Source: an uncultured bacterium (lineage in GTDB: Bacteria > Patescibacteriota > Minisyncoccia > Phycocordibacterales > CAIRYW01). From it: DNA of 64,000 nt. Positions 30,647 through 40,538 of this stretch are shown piece after piece (position 1 is the stretch's first letter; each line of letters begins with the position of its first letter). The notes beneath the pieces are model-generated. The model was given only the letters and a program-made list of their open reading frames with translations. It was not told the DNA's origin and ran no database searches. A program made the position numbers and the translations under genes. The stretch is from contig CAVYBO010000002.1 in NCBI GenBank assembly GCA_963766885.1, positions 293,048 to 357,047 of the forward strand, read 5' to 3'.

Positions 30647-31132
30647 CTACTCTCCGTCGTAAGCTCTCTTTAAAACCTCTATATCCAGCTTAGTCATTTT
30701 GAGCATTGCGGCCATTACCCTGTCTGATTTTACGGGATCAGGATCACTCATTAATTCTCCCAAAGCTTCTGGAACAACTTGCCAAGACAAGCCTAATTTG
30801 TCTTTCAACCATCCGCATTGGCTTTTTTGGCCGCCTTCTGAAAGTTTTTCCCAATAATAATCCACCTCTGCCTGATCCTTGCAATCAATTGAAAAAGACA
30901 CGGCTTCTGTGAATTTAAAATGCGGTCCGCCGTTTAGTGCAGAAAATTTCTGCCCATCAAGTTCAAACTGAACAACCATAATCTCTCCCTTTGGTTTGCC
31001 ATGAATCTCTTGACCTTCGTCTCCGTATTGCGAAGAGTCTAGAATTTTTGAGTTCTTAAAAATAGAAACGTAAAACTTTGCCGCTTCCTCTGCTTGCGTA
31101 TCAAACCACAAAAATGGTGTAATTTTTTGCAT
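30647..31132 (-). CDS. VOC/PhnB (3-demethylubiquinone-9 3-methyltransferase-like) protein
   Basis: [24 protein letters not shown] and CGWLKDK.GLSWQ. Confidence 0.93.
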   Translation of the reverse strand: MQKITPFLWFDTQAEEAAKFYVSIFKNSKILDSSQYGDEGQEIHGKPKGEIMVVQFELDGQKFSALNGGPHFKFTEAVSFSIDCKDQAEVDYYWEKLSEGGQKSQCGWLKDKLGLSWQVVPEALGELMSDPDPVKSDRVMAAMLKMTKLDIEVLKRAYDGE

Positions 31133-31187
31133 AATTTTATTTATTAGTTTTTAACCTACTAATTATAACGAACGACAAGCAAAAAAA

Positions 31188-32965
31188 TTAACTCTCCCTC
31201 TTTCCATGCAAAAGCATATCTACAGCGTGCTCCATTGAACCGGCCTCTGTCACTTCGCCGGCGTTGACGAAGAAAATATCATCGGCGTTTTCAATTGTGT
31301 TCAAACGGTGAGCAATAATGACTTTGGTAGTTTTTACCGGCAGTTGATTTAAAATTTCATCCAAAAGTTGTTCAGTAACAGTATCAATATTGGCCGTGGC
31401 TTCATCCAAAATCAAAATATCCGGATTGCGGAGCGCGGCGCGGATAAAAGCAATCAATTGCTTCTGCCCCAAACTTATAGCATCCCCACCAGAAGCAATC
31501 TTTGTATCCAAACCTTCAGAAAATCTTTCAAGAAGCTTTGTCAGATGAGCTTTTTCCAAAACTTCTACTAATTCTTCGTTTGAATATCCTTTGTGCTCTT
31601 CATTGCCATAGAGAATATTTTCGCGGACAGTGCCGGTAAAAAGAAACGGTTCTTGAAGAATAAATCCGATTTTTTTGGCGCGCTCGGCCGGATCATAGCA
31701 GCGCATATCCTTGCCTTCCAAATACACTACGCCTTCGGTTGGATCATACAAGCGAGCCATTAGAGACGCGGTGGTGGTTTTGCCACCTCCTGTTGGCCCG
31801 ACAAGAGCGTAAGTTTTGCCCGCTTCTAGCGCAAAATTAATATTTTTTAAAATATCTTTGCCCTCCACGTATCTGAAAAATACATTTTTGAATTCAAGGA
31901 CAGCTTTGGATTCGGAGTCGGAACTGCAATTTTCTTTTGGAATTTTTTGGATATTGGATTCAAGAGAAAGCACTTCAGAAATTCGGTCCAATCCGGCAAG
32001 CGCAAGCTGAAGCGAAGACCAGACAGACGCAAGCTGCCTGAGCGGCGTATAAAAGTTGTTGACATAAAGCAAAAATCCAATGAGCAGACCGACAGTGAAA
32101 TTGCCGTGGGATATCAAATAAATTCCGTAAGCCAAAACTGCAAGCTGCGCCAAGGACTGAAACAAGGACATATATCGGGTTGAATACGTTGCTTGAAATT
32201 CCAGCTGAAACGGAAGCTGAATAATTCAGTTGGTTTGATTCCTTGAATTTGTCGCGGAAATAATCAAGGCGATTGAAAGCCACGATGACTTTGAAATTAT
32301 TTATGCTCTCTTGGATTTCTCCGCTCATCGCTCCCAGTGTGCGGAGACTTTTTAAACTGGTGCGCTTGACCCAAGGAGAAAGCAATTGGGTGGCAATCAA
32401 GAGCAAGAATCGCCGGGACGAGTGCAACAATGCCGAGACTGATAATCAATTGCCACTAGAAATATTCCAGCGCCGATGATAAGCACGATGTTGCTCACAA
32501 ATTGCATCAGAGCCTGAGCAAAAAATTGGTTGAGCTTGTCGGTGTCGTTGTTGATGCGGGAAACAAGGTCGCCAGCTTTGTTTTGGTTGAAGAACGCCAC
32601 AGGAAGCTCTTGGAGCTTGCCAAATATTTTATTTCGCAAATTAAAAACAGTCGCCTGCCCAATCCTCCCATCGTTTTGACTTGGACATAGCTGGCAACAA
32701 GACCAAAAAGAAAAACAACAAACAGAAGTCCGGAAAAAACCAATACTCCATGAAAATCTTTGCCCACAATATAAGTATCCACGATGTGCGCAATGATTAT
32801 CGGCACCACAAGGGTGGATGTGGCATTTACAAGTATTGCCATAAACGCTATGGTCACGGATTTGCCTTCTTCCGCCATCAGAGGAACAAGTCTCTTCCAC
32901 GCGGTCGTCAAAACGCCTTTTTCTTTTTCTCTTTCTACATCTGTTTTGATTAATGAATAGTTCAT
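31188..32965 (-). pseudogene. ABC exporter half-transporter broken by several frameshifts (pseudogene or sequence error)
   Basis: One TMD-NBD protein is spread over ORFs 32507-32965, 32397-32900, 31975-32430 and 31188-32171 (GPTGGGKTT, ISLGQKQ, LDEAT). Confidence 0.8.
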
Positions 32966-32970
32966 ATCTT

Positions 32971-34725
32971 TTATTCGTATTGATTGGTGCTTCGCTGCGA
33001 CTGATAAATCTGAACGTACTCCGGACAGGATTCCATCAATTCCTGATGGGTGCCTTTGGCAATCAACTCGCCTTCCATCAAAAGGATAATTTGATCGTAA
33101 TGTTCAATAGACGAAATTTTTTGGGTAACGGAAATGAGAGTCAGGTCTGGGTAATTTTTGGACAAATTATCCAAAATTTTTCGCTCGGTATTAGTATCAA
33201 CACGTGCAGTAAAATCATCAAGAAGCAACACCTTTGGATTAAGCGCCAGGGCTCGGGCAAGCATGATGCGCTGCTTCTGTCCGCCGGATAAACTTGTGCC
33301 TCGCTCTGAGACAATAGTGTCCAGTTTTTGCGGCAGGGCGTCAATAAAATCTCTGAGCTCTGCGGTCTCGATCGCCATTTCAATGTCTTGGTCTTTGACA
33401 GTATTGCTGAAAGCGATGTTTTCTCGCAGGCTCAAGTTGAACATCACACTGTCTTGAAAAACAAATCCGACTTGGCTGTGCAGGTTTTCCTTGTCGTATT
33501 CATTTAGATCCTTGCCGTCAAAATCTATAGCGCCTTCTGTGGGCGTCAAAAGTCCCGTCATCAAATACAAAAGCTGGGTTTTGCCTGCGGCTGTCGGGCC
33601 GATGACTGCTGTTTTGCTTCCGGCTGAAACATCAAAAGAAACGTCTTTGAGCGCAGACTTTTGGCCGAATTTGACGATTATGTTTTTGACTTCAATGTCT
33701 CCTCGGAGCTTTGCCTTTAATCCGCCTGTCTTTTTTTCAACCGGAGCCTTCAGAACTTGGAGAATACGGCCGTATGAGGCTTCAGCTTGAGCAATGACGT
33801 TGCTCATAAATCCAATGATTAGAATCGGGAAAATAAGGATTGCCAAGTAGCTGTTGAATGCGGTGAAATTTCCCAAAGACATTGTTCCCTGAATGACAAA
33901 ATGTCCGCCCATTAGGACAATGGCGAGAGTCGCAATGTTGGTAAAGAAAGTAATTACAGGCACAAGGCTGGCAAAAAGCCCTAAAATCTGCAAACTGATC
34001 CTCTTGGCTTCGGTGTTGGCCGGAAGAAATTTTTCGTATTCGTAATTTTGCGAGTTAAGCAAGCGAATCAGGGCTGCGCCCAAAATGCTTTCGCTGATTA
34101 CTTTGTTGAGCCAGTCAATCGCTTCCTGCGATTTTACAAACAGTTTGCGGACTTTGCTCAATACAAAAAAGAAAACTATTCCGATAATCGGTACGACAGC
34201 AATTACAGTGAGTCCGAGTTTCCAGTTGGTGATAATAAGCAACACCGCAGTGCCCAAAATCAAAAATATTGAAGAAATAATCGATGCGATGGCTGTGGAT
34301 ACAAAAGTTTTGACCGCGTCCGTATCAGATGTAAGATTGGTCAAAAGTTTTGCGGGAGTAGCGGTTTCAATATATGAATAAGGCTGGACCGATATTTTGG
34401 CCGCAATGTCATCTCTAATATCGCGAGCAACGCGCTCGGACGCGTAAACCTGCACAATGTTTTGCAGATAGGTAAAGATAAAAATAAAAACCGCAATGAT
34501 AGAAAATTCAACAACAAGATGTTCGGATGAAAAACTTCCCTTTGTGAATGTATCAATCGCCTTTGAAATAATTTCAGGAACGGCAAGAGAAAGTCCGTTG
34601 GCAACAATAGTCAGGACTACAAGCATGCTTATGAGAAATCCATATCTGCCAAGCAGTCCCCAAATTGTCGGCGCCGGTGAACTTATATTTATTTGTTTAC
34701 TGTTTTGTTGTCGTTTTTCTTTCAT
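32971..34725 (-). CDS. ABC exporter half-transporter (TMD plus NBD), heterodimer partner
   Basis: Six TMs; GPTAAGKT; LSGGQKQR; degenerate LLLDD and TQ switch typical of the non-canonical subunit. Confidence 0.92.
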   Translation of the reverse strand: MKEKRQQNSKQINISSPAPTIWGLLGRYGFLISMLVVLTIVANGLSLAVPEIISKAIDTFTKGSFSSEHLVVEFSIIAVFIFIFTYLQNIVQVYASERVARDIRDDIAAKISVQPYSYIETATPAKLLTNLTSDTDAVKTFVSTAIASIISSIFLILGTAVLLIITNWKLGLTVIAVVPIIGIVFFFVLSKVRKLFVKSQEAIDWLNKVISESILGAALIRLLNSQNYEYEKFLPANTEAKRISLQILGLFASLVPVITFFTNIATLAIVLMGGHFVIQGTMSLGNFTAFNSYLAILIFPILIIGFMSNVIAQAEASYGRILQVLKAPVEKKTGGLKAKLRGDIEVKNIIVKFGQKSALKDVSFDVSAGSKTAVIGPTAAGKTQLLYLMTGLLTPTEGAIDFDGKDLNEYDKENLHSQVGFVFQDSVMFNLSLRENIAFSNTVKDQDIEMAIETAELRDFIDALPQKLDTIVSERGTSLSGGQKQRIMLARALALNPKVLLLDDFTARVDTNTERKILDNLSKNYPDLTLISVTQKISSIEHYDQIILLMEGELIAKGTHQELMESCPEYVQIYQSQRSTNQYE

Positions 34726-34868
34726 AAAATACCTATTCTACCGTGTTTTTATAGACGTTAGGCGCTGCAATATATTTCGATTAATTTCTCATGAAAACAG
34801 CAGGCTTTGCGTCCTGCTTTTACTTTCAACTTATTTATTATATCTTAATTTTCTTTAAGTTATAAATT

Positions 34869-35372
34869 TTATTGCTGTTCACTTATATCTCCGCAAGTGG
34901 CGTAGGTATCGGGTTGGGCGCTTGAGTCTTGCACATTTATCGCCAGAGGAAGCTGTTGATACAAAAGTTCAGAAAAAGGGACATCTATTGTGGTTGTTGA
35001 GCTGCCACCGACGAGATTGTTTAAAGTATAAGCGATTCCTCCAACAAGATTACATGAACCTGTATCAATAGTCACCGGTTCACTGGTTGCAGTCGGTTCC
35101 CCTTCTATATCGATCACTACTTTTGATTCATTGCTTCCGTTGTCTGTAATTACCGCGGTGCCGTTTTGTCCAGACTCATCTTGGTCTATCATTTGAACTG
35201 TTGTGCTTGCAAAATATGCCGGCTTGATTTCACTTGCTTTTGTAGTCTGTTTTCCAATATCCTGATCATTAAAAATTACAATTGCCATGAGAATTAAAAT
35301 AAGAACTATTATTATAAACATTACTATCCTATTTCTTATTTTTTTTATTCTTTGTCTTCTTAACATAATCAA
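34869..35372 (-). CDS. membrane-anchored CHRD/Cu-Zn-SOD-like fold protein
   Basis: SGQNGTA...GSC...LAINV...TCGDI pattern; TM anchor. Confidence 0.55.
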   Translation of the reverse strand: MIMLRRQRIKKIRNRIVMFIIIVLILILMAIVIFNDQDIGKQTTKASEIKPAYFASTTVQMIDQDESGQNGTAVITDNGSNESKVVIDIEGEPTATSEPVTIDTGSCNLVGGIAYTLNNLVGGSSTTTIDVPFSELLYQQLPLAINVQDSSAQPDTYATCGDISEQQ

Positions 35373-36058
35373 TCATTGTTAAAATCCGGCGCTCCACACT
35401 GCTGTAAATCTTGAAGAGTTAATGGTGTTCCAGATGCTACACGCGAAGCCATAACAGAACACGGAAGCTTGAGAATAGACGGTCTCTGACCTGCCATAAA
35501 TTGTTCGGTTGACAAGCCACCCCTTTCTTCAAAATGGGGCAGATCACCAATGCCTCCCGATTCAAGAGAGCAATATTGCCCGATTTTTACCAATTCTGTC
35601 CAATCGATATCATATCCTTTATACCTATCAACAACATCCACCGCATAACCGTAATTGTGCAAACTGTGACCCGGCGAAGCTTCAGAAACTACGTGGCCGT
35701 CAACTGTGCGCCCTTGATCAAACATAGCTGTCTGGTCAGCAATTGATCTGTATGCAGCCGTAATTCGCAAGTCATATCCGTAAACAGCTGCTGTCGGAAG
35801 AAAACAATCATCAACTTGAGTAAGAAAATTTGGATCCTCTCCTGTTGGATAAGTAACTGGTTTATTCATACTTGTCCAGGAAATTTGATTGCTAAAAAAG
35901 AAACCTGCAATTATACAAATGATGCAAATCAAAAAAAACAAAATGCTAAATATATAAAAGTGGCGTCGCCGATTTTTCCTTTTCTTTCTAAACCTCCGCA
36001 CCTTAATTGCTATTTCTTTACTATTTATATGAATATTCGGATTGTTTTCTGGCTCCAT
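35369..36058 (-). CDS. M15-family (L-Ala-D-Glu/CwlK-like) peptidoglycan peptidase
   Basis: TM anchor; YRS.ADQ...QGRT; SLHNYGYAVD; DLPHFE. Confidence 0.88.
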   Translation of the reverse strand: MEPENNPNIHINSKEIAIKVRRFRKKRKNRRRHFYIFSILFFLICIICIIAGFFFSNQISWTSMNKPVTYPTGEDPNFLTQVDDCFLPTAAVYGYDLRITAAYRSIADQTAMFDQGRTVDGHVVSEASPGHSLHNYGYAVDVVDRYKGYDIDWTELVKIGQYCSLESGGIGDLPHFEERGGLSTEQFMAGQRPSILKLPCSVMASRVASGTPLTLQDLQQCGAPDFNND

Positions 36059-36115
36059 AAAAGCGATCTATTGATATTATATCCCAAGTTTTACAAAACG
36101 CTGATAACTGGAATT

Positions 36116-37501
36116 TTAATTTTGAACAATAGTCTTCTCTTTCTCAATATAATTTCCGTTCAGAGCAAATATTGTGTGATCATTTGCAGCCAGCGCAACC
36201 ACGATAGTGTGCGGGCCTTTTGTCAAATCAATCGTGTGATACCACGGTCCGTAAACCACAAACAAATTGCCGTCAATGTACAAGTGCGCGTGTCCCTGAT
36301 CAAGAACTACCGCCTGATTTACATTTTGCGGCGTCCAGGTGAAATTTGTTGTTGTAATATGAATGTCCCAGCCGCCCATTGCCACAGGATCTTCAGTGAT
36401 CTGAAAATCAACAGTTGGTACTGGGTCAGTGGGCTTAAGATTGTATGTTTTGACCATCATACCCATCGGAGCCATGGCGCCCGGACCCATTGAAGCGGGT
36501 TTTGGCGCGGTTAAATACGGAGTAATAATTATTGCCAAAAGAATAATGATAACAAGAACCAGGAATTTAATTATAGAATCTTTTTTAATATTTTGCATAC
36601 CGCCCATATTAGCATTAAACTTATTTTTATTTTCAAAATCTAATTTGTAATCAAAGAATATGGGCAACATAAAAAGAGCTAAGATTGGGGCGGTATTTGG
36701 ATCGGTACTTGTTCCTGTAATCAGGGTGCTAAGCATCCCAAAATCCTGTCCAAGCCACCAGACAAAGAAAAGAAAAAACAGTCCTATCGTTCCAGTTATA
36801 CGATTCGGTTTGATAATAATTGCCAAGCCAACAATGAGTGGAATTAAAGCAAGCAGAGAGTTTCCTAATACAGGATTTATAGAAAGTAGATTTGAAATAT
36901 ACATTGGAAAACTACTGAGAAAACGTAGGGATTCCATACTCGACGCCATTATATTTCCTTGCACGCCGTCAGACGTCCAAAAAGCAGCTTGTAGTTGCAA
37001 AGCCGATTCAAGAATCAATGTCCAACCGGCGATTTTTGGAAACCACTCGAGTTTTATTTTCTCTTCCCAAAGCAAAAATGCTGAAATCAGGACATAAATT
37101 AAAACAGAACCTGGAGCGCCGGTGTAGAAACTGGCGCTGCCCGCAAAAAGATCACCCAATCCTTCTCCAAAAATCCAAACTATTAGACCCCATATAATTG
37201 ACAGATACAATCCTGTTTTGAATTTCTTGCATGAAGCAGGAAAAAATAAAAGAACCCCTATTGCGATTTGAATAAGCGCAGCCAGAATATTTGCAAGACT
37301 TGTATTTATATTCCAGAGATATATTCCAAATGCGATTGTCGCATGGATAAAAAACGGCTGACCGCTTAAATTAGGAGAAAGTACTGAGTTTACAAAATCC
37401 GCCCCAAACATTTTGGGCTGAAACTGCAACAAACCATCCAGTATCCAAAAAGCCCCTAGAGCTTTAGCAATAATATTTCTTACTACCAACATATTTTTCA
37501 T
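36116..37501 (-). CDS. multi-TM protein with a C-terminal His-rich soluble domain
   Basis: LGAFWILDGLLQFQP repeat-type membrane domain; C-terminal GHAHLYIDG...HTI.V.L.ANDH, possibly metal binding. Confidence 0.7.
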   Translation of the reverse strand: MKNMLVVRNIIAKALGAFWILDGLLQFQPKMFGADFVNSVLSPNLSGQPFFIHATIAFGIYLWNINTSLANILAALIQIAIGVLLFFPASCKKFKTGLYLSIIWGLIVWIFGEGLGDLFAGSASFYTGAPGSVLIYVLISAFLLWEEKIKLEWFPKIAGWTLILESALQLQAAFWTSDGVQGNIMASSMESLRFLSSFPMYISNLLSINPVLGNSLLALIPLIVGLAIIIKPNRITGTIGLFFLFFVWWLGQDFGMLSTLITGTSTDPNTAPILALFMLPIFFDYKLDFENKNKFNANMGGMQNIKKDSIIKFLVLVIIILLAIIITPYLTAPKPASMGPGAMAPMGMMVKTYNLKPTDPVPTVDFQITEDPVAMGGWDIHITTTNFTWTPQNVNQAVVLDQGHAHLYIDGNLFVVYGPWYHTIDLTKGPHTIVVALAANDHTIFALNGNYIEKEKTIVQN

Positions 37502-37518
37502 TATTCAATTATAAACCT

Positions 37519-37546
37519 AAAAGCACTTCATGAGGATGAAGTGCTT
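37519..37546 (-). terminator. intrinsic terminator
   Basis: Perfect 11-bp stem AAGCACTTCAT/ATGAAGTGCTT with a 4-nt loop, ending in Ts on the minus strand. Confidence 0.7.
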
Positions 37547-37725
37547 GCGAGAGAAAGAGAGGAGAAAGAAGAGAAAGTTGGTTGAGTTGGGTGGGTTGGT
37601 GGGGTTTGGGGTGAAAAAGGGATTGGTTGGTGGTTGTGGTGAGTGGATTTTGGAGATTGTAAATCTCCCAACTTTGTTTGCTTGCGCAAGTTTTCTTTCC
37701 TCAATTTGAAATAACTTACTGAGGT
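37519..37725 (-). ncRNA. candidate small RNA of about 200 nt
   Basis: TTGACA (37749-37754), 16 bp, TATTAT (37727-37732); three 5' hairpins; about 100 nt G-free C/A then C/U tract; terminator. Confidence 0.45.
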
Positions 37726-37790
37726 AATAATACTCTCTGTCAAAAAGCTGTCAAATAGGGGGTGTGGATAACTTTTTTAGTCTTCTTTAA

Positions 37791-37822
37791 GGACTCATAC
37801 CCGAACGGAATTAATTATAAAA
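37791..37822 (+). repeat. partial att-like site copy
   Basis: GGACTCATACCCGAACGGAATTAATTATAAAA, 26/32 identical to 23313-23344. Confidence 0.5.
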
Positions 37823-37924
37823 AATTGCTCCGCAGTGTAAGTGCGAAGCGTGGTTAAGAAAGATCGTCGTTATGCGGCTATCCTATTACCTGCCGCACGT
37901 AGTGGTCCCCCTCATAAATGGCGT

Positions 37925-38551
37925 TTACCTTTTAAGTCCAATGGCAACAAATACGACTGTGCTTCCAATCATGATTCCTAAAACATTCAGCAAAAAAACT
38001 ATAAATGTGTTTACAGGTGAAAAACTATTTACATCTACAAGTCCAATGCCAGTGGCAACAAGTGGCGGCATAAGCGACACAGCGATTCCAATGCCTGTCA
38101 TCACCCCACCAACTTTGGAGCGCACAAGTCCATACGCTGCAGTACATCCGGCAATTATTGCGATCGCTAGAGACAAATAAAGATTTGATTCAAAAGATAT
38201 GAACACATTATCTACTCGAACATCGCCGAATAATATTGTCAAAATCCCCGCTCCAAAAATTGCCAGAAGAAGTGAAATAAAAAGCATTATCACACAACGC
38301 CAAAATAATTTTCCGTCCATAGAGACAATTCCAAAACTCATGCCAAGTATTGGATACGCCAGCGGCGCCACAATCATAGCGGCAATAAGTACTGCGATAC
38401 TGTCGGAAAAAATACCAGCTACGGCCAAGAGAATTGCTCCGATTACCAAAATATAGAAATCCCGATCAGGAATTGTATTATTTAAAAGGTTCGCTACGGC
38501 ATCTCGTTTGTCTTGTTCGCTCAAAGAACGAGAGGTGTATATAAAATTCAC
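37925..38551 (-). CDS. DUF389 family membrane protein
   Basis: SIAVLIAAMIVAPL, GIGIAVSLMPPL and LNVLGI. Confidence 0.85.
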   Translation of the reverse strand: MNFIYTSRSLSEQDKRDAVANLLNNTIPDRDFYILVIGAILLAVAGIFSDSIAVLIAAMIVAPLAYPILGMSFGIVSMDGKLFWRCVIMLFISLLLAIFGAGILTILFGDVRVDNVFISFESNLYLSLAIAIIAGCTAAYGLVRSKVGGVMTGIGIAVSLMPPLVATGIGLVDVNSFSPVNTFIVFLLNVLGIMIGSTVVFVAIGLKR

Positions 38552-38575
38552 TCTTTTATTGTATCATAAATATTT

Positions 38576-38621
38576 TCTGGACGTATGGCCTGCCTGCCAC
38601 AGGCAGGGACAATCTTGAAAC
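38576..38621 (+). repeat. att-like site interrupted by a 19-bp REP-like palindrome
   Basis: TCTGGACGTATGG[CCTGCCTGCCACAGGCAGG]GACAATCTTGAAAC; removing 38589-38607 restores a 27-bp copy of the motif. Confidence 0.7.
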
Positions 38622-39046
38622 TATTTTGTTAATCCCGTAAGACCCGGAGATTTTGCTGCAAGCTTGATAACTTTTTCCAAGACTTTAAGATTTAAGTCCT
38701 CAACTTTTTTAAAACTGATGCACGTTTTACCTACAGTTACCTTACCCAATTCTTTTTTATAACTTTCTACTAGATACTTTCCATCTGCTACTGAGCAAAC
38801 AAATATACTTATGTGATTCTTCTGGCTTGCCAAAGAAATAATTGGCCAGTCAAGCATTTCTTTTTTATTGTTTTTATATTTGAAGCTCCCATACCCGGGC
38901 ATATTATAAATAAAATTTGATTTTAATTTAGGTGCAGCCTTTTTGATAAATGTATGTAAAAATTTCATCGGTGCCACGCGCTCTTTGGGAAGAATGTCAA
39001 AATATTCTTTAACGGATTCTGCCTTTGCAGGCTTAAACATGTTCAT
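38621..39046 (-). CDS. DUF1801 (YdhG-like) protein
   Basis: SVKEY...IKKAAPKL...MPGYG...LASQKNHIS...GK.C..FKK.EDL. Confidence 0.85.
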   Translation of the reverse strand: MNMFKPAKAESVKEYFDILPKERVAPMKFLHTFIKKAAPKLKSNFIYNMPGYGSFKYKNNKKEMLDWPIISLASQKNHISIFVCSVADGKYLVESYKKELGKVTVGKTCISFKKVEDLNLKVLEKVIKLAAKSPGLTGLTK

Positions 39047-39064
39047 GTTTTTAGTATAAAATTA

Positions 39065-40003
39065 CTATGTGTATTTAATTAGGATACTCATGAAATCTCC
39101 AGACTTTTGAGCCTCTTGTAGATCTTTTGTAAAATCGGCTCCGAATATTTCGTCTAAATCACTCAAAAAAATGTTGTCTCCGTTTATATACGCTACAAGT
39201 GCCTCATCAACGATATCCTTGAAAATCTCCTTAAACGGGCGACTTGGCCCATTCGTTGATTTAAGTCTTTTTTCAGCTTTTCTTAAAAGATAACTATGAA
39301 CAAAAATAGCTTCCGCCTCGTACGGCTTTGGCCTTTTTTCTGAAAGCAAAAATAGCCAATCTACTTTCTTCTGTTCTAATGAAGCTCTAACTTTTTCATA
39401 AAAATCCAGATCAATCTGCTCGGCAGAAGTTCTAGGGTCAATTTTTTTTAAATCTTTAATCCACTTTGTTACTTTTGCACTTTCATCATCGTACTGTTTT
39501 TCACACAACTGAATCATCTCATCCTTGTGATCATCATATTCGTCTTCCATACCTTCTGAAAACCTTCTCGCAAAAAACTCAGTGAATCCTTCATTTAGAT
39601 CGCGATACTCCTCTTCTTCATTAACCCCTCTCTTGATTGAAAATCCTGATTGATACTCGTGAAATTTTCCTAATTTATTTTTCTGCCAAAATCTCCAATT
39701 CGAGGCAAAATGTAACCCTTCATGAATTACTATTGCTGGAGTATACATAGACGAAGGAAGCATAGATATTTTCTCTTCAACCTGCGAAACACCGCCATGA
39801 GCGTGAGTCATCTCAGGAAATCTTTTAATTTCAAAATTCTCTATCGTAATATTTTCACCCCCATATTTTCCTTGTCGTTTCAAATCTTCTAAAACATTAT
39901 TCAATTTTTCCAAAGCCTCTCTAAACGCCGGAGATTCAAAATTTGAAGCTGTAATTTCTGCTTCTTCTGTCTGATTTTGTATATAGGTTTGTTCTGATTC
40001 CAC
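39065..40003 (-). CDS. hypothetical protein with a zincin-like HEXXH motif
   Basis: IHEGLH plus downstream LNEGFTE (gluzincin-like third ligand). Confidence 0.65.
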   Translation of the reverse strand: MESEQTYIQNQTEEAEITASNFESPAFREALEKLNNVLEDLKRQGKYGGENITIENFEIKRFPEMTHAHGGVSQVEEKISMLPSSMYTPAIVIHEGLHFASNWRFWQKNKLGKFHEYQSGFSIKRGVNEEEEYRDLNEGFTEFFARRFSEGMEDEYDDHKDEMIQLCEKQYDDESAKVTKWIKDLKKIDPRTSAEQIDLDFYEKVRASLEQKKVDWLFLLSEKRPKPYEAEAIFVHSYLLRKAEKRLKSTNGPSRPFKEIFKDIVDEALVAYINGDNIFLSDLDEIFGADFTKDLQEAQKSGDFMSILIKYT

Positions 40004-40067
40004 AAACTAATTATATCAAAAGTTCGAGTCCCAGCTATTTTCTGGCTGACTCAAGCAGATAAAATAT

Positions 40068-40529
40068 CTATAATCCTGCCATTGTGAGAATTTCCTTATA
40101 ATGCGTTTCTGAAACAGGTTGGACAGAAAGTCTCGATCCTGGAGCCGCGACCCTAATCCCCCTTAGTTTTGGGTTAAATTTTATCTGAGGCAATGTAACT
40201 GGTTTTGCTAATTTCTTTTTGAATTTGATTTGAGCAGCATACCAAATTGGATTTTCTTTTGTCGCTTTTGGATCAAAATGATCATCCCTTTTGTTAAGTG
40301 CTGTCATGTCGAACATAGACGAGCCAGAAATTTCAGCAACGCCTACAACACCTACCACCCCAGCGCTTGAATGGTAAAACAAAACAAGATCGCCAGATTT
40401 CATAGAATCTCTCATAAAATTTCTGGCCTGATAATTTCTGACACCAGTCCAAAGTGTCTGCTTATCCTTGGCAAGATCATCAATTGAATAGGCAGAAGGT
40501 TCGCTTTTAATCAGCCAGTAATTTTTCAT
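40068..40529 (-). CDS. EVE domain protein
   Basis: YWLIKSEP, WTGVRNYQARNFMR, FYHS and RLSVQPV. Confidence 0.95.
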   Translation of the reverse strand: MKNYWLIKSEPSAYSIDDLAKDKQTLWTGVRNYQARNFMRDSMKSGDLVLFYHSSAGVVGVVGVAEISGSSMFDMTALNKRDDHFDPKATKENPIWYAAQIKFKKKLAKPVTLPQIKFNPKLRGIRVAAPGSRLSVQPVSETHYKEILTMAGL

Positions 40530-40538
40530 ACTATAGGA

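Noticed and set aside
37528-37743. 71 aa ORF
   Set aside because: A low-complexity translation of a skewed tract; it starts inside the promoter and ends in the terminator stem.
24791-37771. Replication origin suggested by TGTGGATAA boxes
   Set aside because: Only isolated single boxes (24791, 37763, and one inside a CDS at 15017); no cluster and no dnaA.
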